This document shows positions 54,101 through 64,000 of a DNA stretch of 64,000 nucleotides, piece after piece. The notes below the pieces were generated by a model, which was given only the letters and a program-made list of their open reading frames with translations, was not told the DNA's origin and searched no databases. Position 1 is the first letter of the stretch; each line of letters begins with the position of its first letter. Source of the DNA: Mizuhopecten yessoensis (taxonomy: Eukaryota); NCBI RefSeq assembly GCF_002113885.1, contig NW_018408906.1, positions 656,890-720,889 of the forward strand, read 5' to 3'. The translations under genes were made by a program, and so were the position numbers.

Positions 54101-56948
54101 TGCTCGTAATCATTACGACTTTTAAATGATATTAGCACATGTGTTATTAGATTAAATCATGTGTTATAAGATTAGGAGTGGTTAAGTGATATTACGAGTG
54201 GTTCAAACCTATTACGAGTGGTTCAAACATATTAAGAGTGGTTTTGTGATATTACGAGAAGTTATGATTACCTGTGGGCATATTCCCCGCCCTCACTATA
54301 GACAGTCTGACCTTATTTCCACTTGAAAGTTAATACATATATGTAAGAACTTCGCTGGATTCATATTTACTAGATAAAGAAAGTACTGCTACTTGCAGAA
54401 ATTTGCAGCTAAGAATTTCCTTAACCTACCAATCATTTTGGATCAATTTTCCCTTATTGTTTCAAACTTCTTTTTAAACAAAGATCCACTCTAACATTTG
54501 CAGCATTTATTCGTGAAAAACGACACTTTTCATGCAACATTGAAATGTAAAAAGCCGTCATTTTGACTCCAGTGTGTAAGCCTGTGACATCATGTACTTG
54601 TCCTAAGTGTGACGTCACAATTGAAACATTTGAAACTTACAACTAATCACAGGGCTGATAGGTCATATTACATGGGTTAATATGCCAAAACATATGACAT
54701 GGATATTTCCAAATAAGACATCAAAGAAACGAAGGAGTAGATATATGGAAAAAAAGAAAGCAATCCTGTAAGCTTAAGGGGCACCCCACATAAGTTTTCC
54801 TTATACGCTTATAATTGTTACAGTAAGTGGGATATTCATGTACCTGATTGTGTTGAAGAAGAGTCAAGGAACCATTGTACAGTAGATTCAAGGCCTCTGT
54901 GTATTTCTTCTGTCCCTTATATCTGTAAAATAATCAAATGCAGTGCATGTAATTCATTTACACTTTTTATCTCTTTTCAAATAAGTGACTGGGTATAACT
55001 GTTTATATATTGCATACCAATCTCAACTTTGGCGAGTCTCTAAATTCTAATCTATGTCATGATATCATGGTGCCAAGTAAAGGGGTATTAAACCTTATAC
55101 AAAATACAAGACTATGACACCCGACGTGTAATTCAACTGTTATATACAGGTTTGGCACAACGGCGCATATGGGTAATAATCCTGCATTTGGGTAACATCT
55201 TTGTATGTTATGGTTGAATGCACTTCAAATCTACTTTCACTATCCTATATAAAAAATCAAAATTTTGTACTTCACTTACGTTATTGAAAATCGCTATTTA
55301 TATGGTTATTATAAACAACTTTTGGTTGAACGTTTTTTCGTGTTTTGACATTTTCGTGATTTTAGATGTCCCGACTTTTCTAAGGTTTCAAAGGTCATGA
55401 AATACTTTCAAAACCGAAAACTGTTCAACCAAAAGTTGTTTGTAATAACCAATAGATATGGCGATTTTCAATTACGTAAGTGAAGTACAACATTTTGATT
55501 TTTTATATAGGATAGTGAAAGTAGATTTGAAGTGCATTCAACCATAACATACAAAGATGTTACCCAAATGCAGGATTATTACCCATATGCGCCGTTGTGC
55601 CCAACCTGATATATATGTTAGAATGCAAATATTAATGCAAGTTTAGGTCATGAAAAATTTCACATTTTGAAATGTATGTGTACCAGCGCAGGTACAAAAT
55701 GGAAGAAGGATACTTTTTCACTATTCACAATAAACAGTGACTATAAGTACAGCAAAACCTCAATGTAATGTCTCTCATTTCATTTGCCACCTTATTTACC
55801 ATCAGCATATTTCAATGTCCCCATACGTATATACTCTTGGTTTCTTAAGAATTCGTTTTTACATGTCCCTCAATTTATCGACAAATTCCTTTTCAATGCC
55901 AAAATTTCTCTGCAGGAATGGTGGCAGCATAATGAGGTTTTACTGTACACATTACATTTTTTGATAATATCAAACCTGATGACCAACCTAGTAAGGTTTT
56001 GCAGTTGACCTTAATCTAGTATCACGTGTGCATGCACTTTGAAATGTTTTTTCATTCATTCTGTACAGAGAAAAAAATCTTTCACTGACTGCACGACTGT
56101 TCTTTAAGAATTTTCCCTACTCTAAAGGGGAGTCAGCGAGTTAACGCGTGCGTTGCATACAGTATAATTTTCGCGCTAGTTAACCTACATTGACATAGGA
56201 CTAGCAAATAAACAATCAACTAGTCCTGACGACTAGTACCAAGCAAAAATGATCACTGTCTTACCTTGATCTATATTTTTAGAATAAGTTTTATCTATAA
56301 TTATTTGCAAGTTTATTAAATTACTTCCTTGTAAAACATGACATGGTTCCAAACTATACAGTAACTACTGGACCAAAATGATTTGTCATTGTATCACTCA
56401 TTGACTGTAAAGTTATGGCATGTCAAAAACACCTAGACGTTTATACATCACCTGCATAAGGGTTTGAGTAATGTTACTTTTTTGAATGGACGATACCGGC
56501 CCCTGTCAACGTGCAATTTATTTACAGAGAGGGTTACTGCACTCACCTGCCAATGTCAGTGCCATATTTGAACGATACGAATCTGACCCCAACATAATGG
56601 GGGAAAACACAAGTGTATCAGTCTATTGCTCTCTTATAGACAGTGTTGTTTTTTTTAAACTTGGATGTAGTTAAAATTCAGCGTCACGATCTACAAACCC
56701 ATCTTTGCTCCGGGGGATCAGCAGTTTGGAACATGCCAGAACGGATGAGAAAGTTAGCAGACGTCACCAAACATATAATAAAACTAATGTGTTCTACTCA
56801 CCAAGTACGATCAAAAGATAGCAATGCCAATTTCTTACCTAAAGTAAAGCGTTCTGTACATTTGATGAGCTTCATAAAAGTTTCCTCCCTCGACACATGC
56901 TCTACATTTTGCCAGAACACGGTCGATACCTCCACTTTTGGTCGCCAT
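48009..56948 (-). CDS. GET4: Golgi to ER traffic protein 4 homolog (TRC35), 9 coding exons, 330 aa
   Basis: complement(join(48009..48145,49002..49071,50490..50565,51027..51167,52228..52366,53424..53582,53887..53968,54844..54922,56839..56948)) = 993 nt; all introns GT-AG with consistent phases; motifs [76 protein letters not shown] match GET4. Confidence 0.97.
49002..49071 (-). CDS. GET4: GET4 coding exon 8
   Basis: [23 protein letters not shown](G); TTTTACAG| ... |GTAAGT. Confidence 0.95.
49752..50517. repeat. ~74-77-bp minisatellite (with 57-58-bp variants) in GET4 intron 7, overlapping the 3' end of exon 7
   Basis: TTTTCTTACCTCTT recurs at ~49770, 49844, 49921, 49997, 50074, 50148, 50222, 50279, 50353, 50427 and 50485 (true donor). 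Confidence 0.95.
50490..50565 (-). CDS. GET4: GET4 coding exon 7
   Basis: [25 protein letters not shown]; TTACAG| ... |GTAAGA. Confidence 0.94.
51027..51167 (-). CDS. GET4: GET4 coding exon 6
   Basis: [46 protein letters not shown](G); TTTCAG| ... |GTAAGC. Confidence 0.95.
51215..51480. mobile_element. Helentron-associated/pearl-like element remnant in GET4 intron 5
   Basis: GGAC/GACA microsatellite followed by terminal hairpin TAGCCCACCATC-A-GATGATCGTGGGCTA. Confidence 0.65.
51574..52192. mobile_element. PIF/Harbinger-type MITE in GET4 intron 5
   Basis: TTA|GGCCAAAA...ACTTGGTTCTCAGGCC and GGCCTGAGAACAAAGT...TTTTGCC|TTA: ~30-bp imperfect TIRs with TTA target-site duplication. Confidence 0.8.
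52228..52366 (-). CDS. GET4: GET4 coding exon 5
   Basis: (E)[45 protein letters not shown](Q); TTGTAG| ... |GTAAGT. Confidence 0.95.
52454..53388. repeat. 52-bp minisatellite, ~18 copies, filling most of GET4 intron 4
   Basis: Unit GAATATAATTATATTCTGGATCAAGGAAAGTCCAGATTGAAAGAAGAACAGT. Confidence 0.97.
53424..53582 (-). CDS. GET4: GET4 coding exon 4
   Basis: (D)[52 protein letters not shown]; poly-T CAAAG| ... |GTGAAT. Confidence 0.93.
53887..53968 (-). CDS. GET4: GET4 coding exon 3
   Basis: [27 protein letters not shown]; TTACAG| ... |GTACAC. Confidence 0.92.
54150..54270. repeat. 20-bp minisatellite, ~5 copies, GET4 intron 2
   Basis: ATTACGAGTGGTTCAAACAT variants at 54171, 54191, 54211, 54231, 54251. 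Confidence 0.8.
54844..54922 (-). CDS. GET4: GET4 coding exon 2
   Basis: [26 protein letters not shown]; TTTTACAG| ... |GTACAT. Confidence 0.93.
55147..55608. mobile_element. Foldback MITE with ~200-bp near-perfect inverted arms, in TA-rich flanks (Tc1/mariner-like)
   Basis: CAGGTTTGGCACAACGGCGCATATGGGTAATAATCCTGCATTTGGG... mirrored by ...CCCAAATGCAGGATTATTACCCATATGCGCCGTTGTGCCCAACCTG. Confidence 0.9.
56839..56948 (-). CDS. GET4: GET4 coding exon 1
   Basis: [36 protein letters not shown](R); donor AG|GTAAGA. Confidence 0.95.
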
Positions 56949-57216
56949 CTTTTTGAAAAGATAAATTTGGGGCGACTGAACAAAACGAAACAAATTGAAA
57001 TTAGTCTCTCTAAATTAACACGCAAAGTGAACGTATCATCTAATCAATTTTACAATCATATCAATTATTTTGAAATCGAGGAATACTCTGCTATTTTATG
57101 CAAAAATGAAATAAAAATCATAATAATGATATAATTTTGTTTCGAAAGGAAATTTCGGATTGCAAGCGTCTTCATTGTTCATTTCCGGTATACAGGGTTC
57201 TTGCCATAAAAGAAGA
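56949..57216. promoter_or_regulatory. Putative bidirectional promoter and 5' UTRs shared by GET4 and CDK2AP1
   Basis: 268 bp between divergent start codons; local CpG retention; ETS-type ATTTCCGGT at 57181. Confidence 0.6.
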
Positions 57217-57234
57217 ATGGATAAAGACATCGTG
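57217..57234 (+). CDS. CDK2AP1: Probable first coding exon of CDK2AP1-like gene (MDKDIV)
   Basis: AGAATGG start context; phase-0 donor GTG|GTATTT matches the phase-0 acceptor at 60335; inferred, no transcript evidence. Confidence 0.55.
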
Positions 57235-57474
57235 GTATTTATCCGTCATATTGTAAAATAATAACTTCGTTTGTGGTTAACATTACCTGTTTAACATTTA
57301 TTCAGGTCTTATAACCAAAAGTCATTACATACTATTGATTTGATGCAAATTCACGTGCCGCTACTGGGAACTGGACCCGATTTTGTTTTGAATCGCAAGT
57401 TAATTCGTCCACGAAAATAATATCAACATTTGTCGGGGACGAAATGTCTTCGATAAATAAGTAAAGCTCCGCTC

Positions 57475-58922
57475 CAAATTTTTGACTGGAAGCATCCCTT
57501 GGTGGTGGGGATTACATATTCAAAATTGTACAAATGGTAGGGTAAACCCCCCAGGGGGCTGAGGGGTGTGGCCAAAAGAGGACAATTTGGCTATAAACGA
57601 CTTCTTCTGTAGAACTGCAATGGATATCAATCATATTTGGTCAGAAGCATTCATGGGAGGTGGGCAAAATTGTACAAATGGTGGGGCTGACCCCCAAGGG
57701 GGGTGGGGGGCAAAAAGGGTTATATATATGGCTATATTGCTTTAAGCGACTTCATCTCTGGAACTAAGAGATTGATATCAACCATATTTGACTCGATGCA
57801 CCCCGAGGTAGTGTGGATTCAAAATTGTACAGATGGTGGGACTGACCCCCCAGGAGGCAGAGGGGCGGTCCAAAAAACGTTATTTGGCTATATTGCTTTA
57901 AGTAGCTTCTTCTCTACAACTATAAAATGGACATCAACCATATTTGGTCAGAAGCATTCATTAGAGGCAGGGATCAAAAGTGTACAAATGGGGGGGCTGA
58001 CCCCCAAGGGGGCTGAGGGACGAGGCCTAAAAGGGTTATTTGGCTATTGTATTGCTTTAAGCGACTTCTTCTCTGGAACTAAGAGATTGATATCAACCAT
58101 ATTTGACTGGATGCATCCCTAGGAAGTGGGGATTCAAAATTGTACAGATGGTGGGGCTGACCCCCCCCCCCAGGGGGTGGAGGGGCGGGGCCAAAAGGGG
58201 GCAATTTGGCTATATAGCTTCAATGGCTTCTTCTGTAGAACTATGCACTGGATATCAATCATATTTGGTCAGAAGCATTCATGGGAGGCAGGGATTCAAA
58301 ATGTACAAGTAGTGGGGCTGACCCCCTTGGCTAAGGGTGGGGCCAAAAATAGTTTATTGCTTGGAAATGGTTGAGATCCCCACCCTATAACCATATATAC
58401 AATTGCTGAGCATGAAGAGAAGAATGCACATATGCTTCCAGGATTGCCCAGGGACTGCCCCACCCTTGGAGACATAGTCCCTGGGTCATAACTTTGAAAC
58501 GGTTGAGATCCCCACCCCAAAACTGTACATGTTTAAAGAATTGACCCCAGGGTCTGCCCCACCCTCGCAGACTTAACCCCTGGGTCATAACTTTGAAACA
58601 GTTGAGATCCCCACCTCAAAACTGAATATACAAATGCTGGGCATAAAGAGACAAATGCAGTCATGATATTATAATTGATCCTGGGCTGGGGTCTGGCCAC
58701 AACCCTAAGGAACCTAGTTTCTGAATCACACCTTGGAAACAGTTGAGATCCCCACCCCATAACCATGCATACATAAAATTGGGCATGAAAAATCTAATAC
58801 AGATATGATACAAGGATTGGTCTTTTGGTCTGGCCCTTTCCCTTGGATCTTATTTGGAGAATATTTTGTCATGATTACTTTTTATATCCAAGTGAGCGAT
58901 ACAGGCCCTCTGGACCTCTTGT
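57475..58922 (+). mobile_element. Helentron-associated/pearl-like element with internal tandem repeats (in the probable CDK2AP1 intron)
   Basis: Repeated GGGATTCAAAATTGTACAAATGGTGGGGCTGACCCCC and TTGAGATCCCCACC units; terminus GTGAGCGATACAGGCCCTCTGGACCTCTTGT shared with the 42845 copy. Confidence 0.75.
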
Positions 58923-59050
58923 ATTGTCCTGTTGGGGGCACAGGGGCTCGGATCTATGGACACAGACCACAATCTTAAATGATCAGTCGGTTTGTTTAAA
59001 TTAATGATTGATAGCTATATAGTCGCATTAGTCAGATACTTACGGATACC

Positions 59051-59125
59051 TTAACCCTTTCACCCCTATGTAACTTTAGTAGACTCTACCATGCATTGAT
59101 CTGCATGAGTCCATTATGGTGGTAC
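59051..59125 (+). mobile_element. Truncated second copy of the 46305 MITE
   Basis: TTAACCCTTTCACCCCTATGTAACTTTAG...ATGCATTGAT...ATGAGTCCATTAT; right TIR missing. Confidence 0.7.
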
Positions 59126-60334
59126 ATGTGTGATAGCATGCCTATTAGTGTGATTTGAATAATAATTTAAGGTGACATAAATAGAACGATGAATATTGTC
59201 CATATAATCAGTGTCAATATAGTTAGGAGCCTCCCTATTATATATCTAGCATATGAGTTTGTTTGAAATGTTGGTTTCCAGACACGAAAATTCCTAATAT
59301 GAGAGCGGCTTTTTGCAGTTTTTGTAGTACCTTGCAGAGTCAGAAAAATGTATTTTTTCATTGAGGTAAAAATTTGGAATTCTGAATGTTTTTGTTACTC
59401 CATAGATTTCAGTTGGTACATTAGAAAAGTAATCTTTTGAAAAAGCTAAGAATCTTCAAATATATAATCATGCAAAAAAAAATTTTTTTTTTATAACTTA
59501 GTTATGTCCAAGTGCAGAAAACTTTTAAAATGTTAAAACAAGTTTATGGAAATAGTCTGAAGTACCAAAACGTCTTACTAAAGTACAAAAAGGACAGGAG
59601 TACCGAAACGCTGTACCCCAAAAAGTTTAGCATCAAAAAATGTACTTGTGTTTCCTGTAATTATATACAAGAGCTAAAGAAAACAGGGTAGGTTAATTAG
59701 GCTATAAATGCCTATTCTTTTTAAAAAGTACATATCCTGTCATTACTTGTTTAAAATTTCCATAACAATATGCAAATTAGGAACCAACGTCATATGTACA
59801 TATACATTTTGTATATGGGGCTACAGGAAACAAAATTATATTTCCAGGCTTTTATCATTTGATAAATGTATGTACGATGTAGGCCCTATAACAAAATTTT
59901 CTGGAAAGGGTATATTATTTCTAATGTATAAACATGTTAATGTATTACGTAACATTACTATGTTCAGGAAACAATGATCAGTGTACAAAATGTTGAGTTA
60001 TTTCAGAGCAGGGGTGTACAACTTCGTATTTCAAGGACTAATTCAGGTCTGCACACAGATTTTGCTAAAGTCTGCAAGTCCAAGTTGTTTTTTCAAAATA
60101 AAATACTGAAATGTTTCACTATCTCTTACTTAACATCTATAGATACAAGCCTTGGATGTTGGCCAGTTAGCAAAACTAATGTTCACCCCTGAGAATGAAT
60201 ACGTAATTGAGTTTTTACTATTGTAAGTAATTATATATGCATTATATATATTATTATATAATGTATTGAGAAGAGACAGAGGAGTTTGCCTATAACCTAC
60301 ACACATTCAACCTTTGCATTTCTTTGTATTCTAG

Positions 60335-60691
60335 AAGAAAGATGGGACTTCAAACCCCAATTCCCCGGTCATCAGTAACCCAGGTACACCCCGATCTGAC
60401 GGAGAACAGCAAGTGAGAGCCACGCCTCCACCAGGCCCAGCCCAACAGATCCGGTTGTCACAGCAACAGATGATAGCCCAACAACATCAACTCCACCTAC
60501 AGCAGCTGTCACTGGCCAATCAGACGAAGTACACTCAGCTGCTGTCTGTCATCGAAGAAATGGGTCGAGATATTCGACCAACATATGCCGGCAGTAAAAC
60601 GTCCTCTGAGCGACTCAAGCGTGGCATTGTTCATGCCAGGATCCTTGTACGCGAGTGTCTAATGGAGTGTGAAAGAAGTGCCAGAACATGA
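60335..60691 (+). CDS. CDK2AP1: Cyclin-dependent kinase 2-associated protein 1 (DOC-1/CDK2AP family; NuRD subunit), main coding exon
   Basis: Acceptor TTTGTATTCTAG|; frame open [11 protein letters not shown]...[55 protein letters not shown]; the C-terminal ~55 aa are the CDK2AP signature; CDK2AP1 vs CDK2AP2 orthology cannot be resolved. Confidence 0.93.
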   Translation, partial: KKDGTSNPNSPVISNPGTPRSDGEQQVRATPPPGPAQQIRLSQQQMIAQQHQLHLQQLSLANQTKYTQLLSVIEEMGRDIRPTYAGSKTSSERLKRGIVHARILVRECLMECERSART

Positions 60692-61160
60692 TCACTGTGT
60701 GATTTTAGTTTTATATATTTATTACAATAAGTTTCTATTGAAAAGTTCCGATCTGGCCCATAAATCCATTATCATTGTCAAACTTCATCAAATACTCATA
60801 TGTTCAAGTTCATGAATTAGTCTGAACAAACATATTGTAATATTAAAATGTAAGAAATGGCTCAAATTCCATTTTAATCTAACATATATGTGTAATAAAA
60901 AAAGTCCAAATCAAAGATTTTTGACTGTGAAAAGTGTCCACTGTATACAGCCACTGCAAAAACATCCAAACAATCAATCAGACCATGACCTCCAACTTGT
61001 TCAAGGGATGTTCATATTTACTGGAACAATACAATTAACACTTATTACTTGAAACAGCCCAACATTTGTGTGTACATCTTGAGCTGAAAGTTAGCAGTGT
61101 GGCCTTCTCTATTGTTTCTTGGCTTGGTTCTTCCCATGGATCCCATCACAAATGATTACT

Positions 61161-61320
61161 GTCATACGTCACAGATGATCGTCGTCATACGTCACAGATG
61201 ATTGTCGTCATACGTCACAGATGATCGTCGGCATACGTCACAGATAAACGTCGACATACGTCACAGATGATCATCGTCATAGGTCACAGATGATCATCAT
61301 CATACGTCACAGATGATCAC
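61161..61320. repeat. 23-bp minisatellite, ~7 copies, downstream of the CDK2AP1 stop
   Basis: Unit GTCATACGTCACAGATGATCGTC. Confidence 0.92.
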
Positions 61321-63280
61321 TACAGATGAGGACTGTAGATGAATGTAAAAGAATATGTGTAAAGATTGAATTGTATCAAGGTAGTAGGTATGGATAGTTC
61401 AAGATCTGAATAATCCAACAAAAATGACACTTTTTGAAGTAAAACTGTACACAATGCCAAGTCAAAAAGTAGCATTTTTTTTCTTTTAAGTATGTGTTGT
61501 ATGGCTTATATACAATTATATGCACTGGTATATTTTACTTCAAAGAGTATATTGGGAATACCTGGTATATATGTAGTAAAAAATAGTGTAATTCAAAGTA
61601 TATGATATACTGTATAAAAATCTTTATACCAACAACAGAAGTGTATATTTCCATTCGCCTGGTGTCTGGGGCTCTTATGTGGAGGCTCATGGACATTTAC
61701 AGTATTTGTTATGAAAACAAAGCTTTGGCTTGTAAAAATTTGCAAAATGTGCCTGCTGGCCAGAGCTCGAAAATGAATTTGAACACCCCTGCAGTATGCA
61801 TCATTCATTCAAAATGTATTGCTACATGTATATATAATAGTCATCCTGGTGTGAAAGTGCAATGTCAAAACATGAAATATCCTTGTATGTGATTTCATTT
61901 CTCATAGGTATTTGCGATTTCGTAACGTGTTACTTTTTTTCGTGCTACTCGGATATGTATATATATATATGAAAATTTGTGAAACATTAATTTTTCATAA
62001 AAAACTAATTTGATATTTATTAAAGTTTGTTACAATTTTATAACCTGGTATTGTATATTGTTGGCATTGTTGTAGCCTTTACGGTCCTCAGTTCAATCCT
62101 AAGACAACTGTTCTTTGCACCAGGCTGCTAAAAACATTTGCTTTTATGTACAGTGAAACCTGTCTAATCTGATCCCTGAGTTATATGTTATATCCAACAC
62201 CCAACTACCATATAATCTCATTTTTCATGAAAAATAAAAAGCATTATGATACCCAATCTAATATGGAAAATGGGTCCCACAGCAGGGTTTAAGATGCCAA
62301 ACCAAAGGACGTTTTAGTGAAGTAACACATCTAATTATTAAGAGAGAGTGTTTGAGTTTTGACATAATGACAAGATTGATCGCAAAATATTTTATTTATA
62401 AGATGGAGAAACTTAAACATTTTCTGATTGGGAAACATTCGTGCGAACATTTTTTGAGTTGAGCCTCCAAAATAACTTTTTTATAGACAGGGTTATTTAA
62501 AGGAAATGTACCATACAATATATCTAACAATGGAAATATACTTCATCGTTGTTTAAAAAGATATTTCTTCATGTTGTTGGTCACACACAATCAAGGTTGA
62601 ATATGTGTAATTGAAAAATGTACATCAATCATTTATTATACAAAGGTTATTATCATATTTATCAATTTTTTTAGGGAGAAAATAATTATTTTGTTGGGAA
62701 CTATATATGTGTGTGTTCCAACTATATACAATTTGTTAACAATGGTTACACTGGTGTAGCAAAATTGATTTTACAAATTTAATATCAACAAGTTTGATAT
62801 TTTGTTTTCATCAAATAGATGTGTTAATTAACTTAAATCTGTATGCTAGATTTTGATAATAACTAATGAAATAGGCTGTAAAACAAAAACAGTTTAATAT
62901 AGAAATGAGGTTGATTTGTTTTTTGAAATATTGTGGATGAAATTTTAGTGTTGCATAAAACTAAGATATATGTATATATATATATACAAATGAATAAAAT
63001 TAACTTTTTATTAATTCTGTCTCTTCGTCTTCTTTTTACATTGTAGATAGACATGTTGGACGGAAAGCTTATATTCAAATTTATTGCAATTTGGACGTAA
63101 CGTATTTGGCGAGGGGGCAGGGTTGTTGTTGGTTTCTTATAAGGGATGAGGCGCTTATTATTGAGTTGAATACAGTAGCCATATCCTAGACTGTTTATCA
63201 ATTTTATTTCACAAGATATTTATGATACATACTGCATACTTAACATGAAATGTTTACTGAGTGTAACAATTTGTAGTTTT

Positions 63281-63400
63281 TGGTGGTGGTTATTGTTACA
63301 CAGGTCGGAGCGCTCTGGTTTTCCTCCACCACCATAACTAGCTGGCACGTCCTGAAATTACCATGGCTATCGAAAGGATGGAGAGTAATAACAAACAAAT
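63281..63400 (+). mobile_element. SINE 3' fragment
   Basis: CTCTGGTTTTCCTCCACC...CTGGCACGTCCT...ACC-TGGCT...AGGA...AACAAACAAA tail. Confidence 0.55.
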
Positions 63401-64000
63401 ATTTCTGTACTTTGTGCAATTAAAATTGTATTTCACATGACTACACTTGAATTTGAACAGTGATAAAATTGCGGGTACAAATGTTACCAGTACTTTTTGA
63501 CGAGAAATATTAGATTGTTATGATTATGAAATATATAAGATGGACATATTTCACGCATACATAACTGATGAGATGTATACATGTGTGATAATTAGAGGTT
63601 ATGATAGTCATTTTCATACCCTAACTCGTATATCAGCTCGGACCCCATTTTAGCCTGAGTTGCCCGAGACTATAGATTGTAAATGTATGGTTGGATACAG
63701 AAATGGCTATATGAACACTTTTTTATACTAATTTGTTTCAGACCAATCTGAATCTAGTCATGATTTGGCATACATGAATGTACAGCTTGCAGGTGAACAT
63801 TTTTGGTCCATATGAAAGAGATGCACAAGATAGAGAAACAATGTGTAATTCCATAATGAAAAGCAAAACAATGACATGTACCACAATAGTTCCTCTGCAC
63901 ACATGAAACTTAACTTCACATTGAAACTGATTACCAGGTTTAACCCCACCCCAGCTTAACATTTTTTATGTGATGGGTGGAAAAAGAGAAATGTAAGGCC

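Noticed and set aside
56643-57134. 163-aa plus-strand ORF and 75-aa minus-strand ORF over GET4 exon 1
   Set aside because: Antisense and off-frame shadows of the real exon; no recognisable homology
57444-57460. Alternative CDK2AP1 first exon ATGTCTTCGATAAATAA|GT
   Set aside because: Phase 2; would shift the frame at the phase-0 acceptor
57703-58766. Several Gly-rich ORFs
   Set aside because: Lie within tandem units of a non-autonomous element; no transposase or Rep/helicase motifs
60342-60415. CDK2AP1 start at ATG 60342 or GTG 60413
   Set aside because: ATG 60342 is out of frame; the frame is open back to a good acceptor at 60335, so the start is in an upstream exon

Overview
Eukaryotic, AT-rich animal genomic DNA. 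The repeat families (V-type and Meta-type tRNA-derived SINEs, Helentron/pearl-like elements) suggest a bivalve mollusc, probably a scallop; this is an inference. The right third holds two head-to-head genes. The first is a complete 9-exon GET4/TRC35 gene on the minus strand (48009-56948, 330 aa, all GT-AG junctions and phases checked by hand). The second is a CDK2AP1/DOC-1-family gene on the plus strand (main exon 60335-60691, probable 18-nt first coding exon at 57217). The left ~43 kb has no recognisable host coding exon. It is CpG-retaining intergenic DNA with satellites (34-, 13-, 41- and 38-bp units), SINEs, MITE/foldback elements, an RTE-type LINE remnant, a 124-N gap and motif-dense enhancer-like patches. 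No CRISPR array or prokaryotic system is present. The most unusual structures are inside GET4: an intron-7 minisatellite that copies the exon-7 donor site ten times, an intron-4 minisatellite of ~18 hairpin-masked acceptor-like units, and a decayed duplicate of exon 7. Separately, an intergenic minisatellite has units that combine ETS, DR1 and NK2 motifs. Functional roles for these are hypotheses only.
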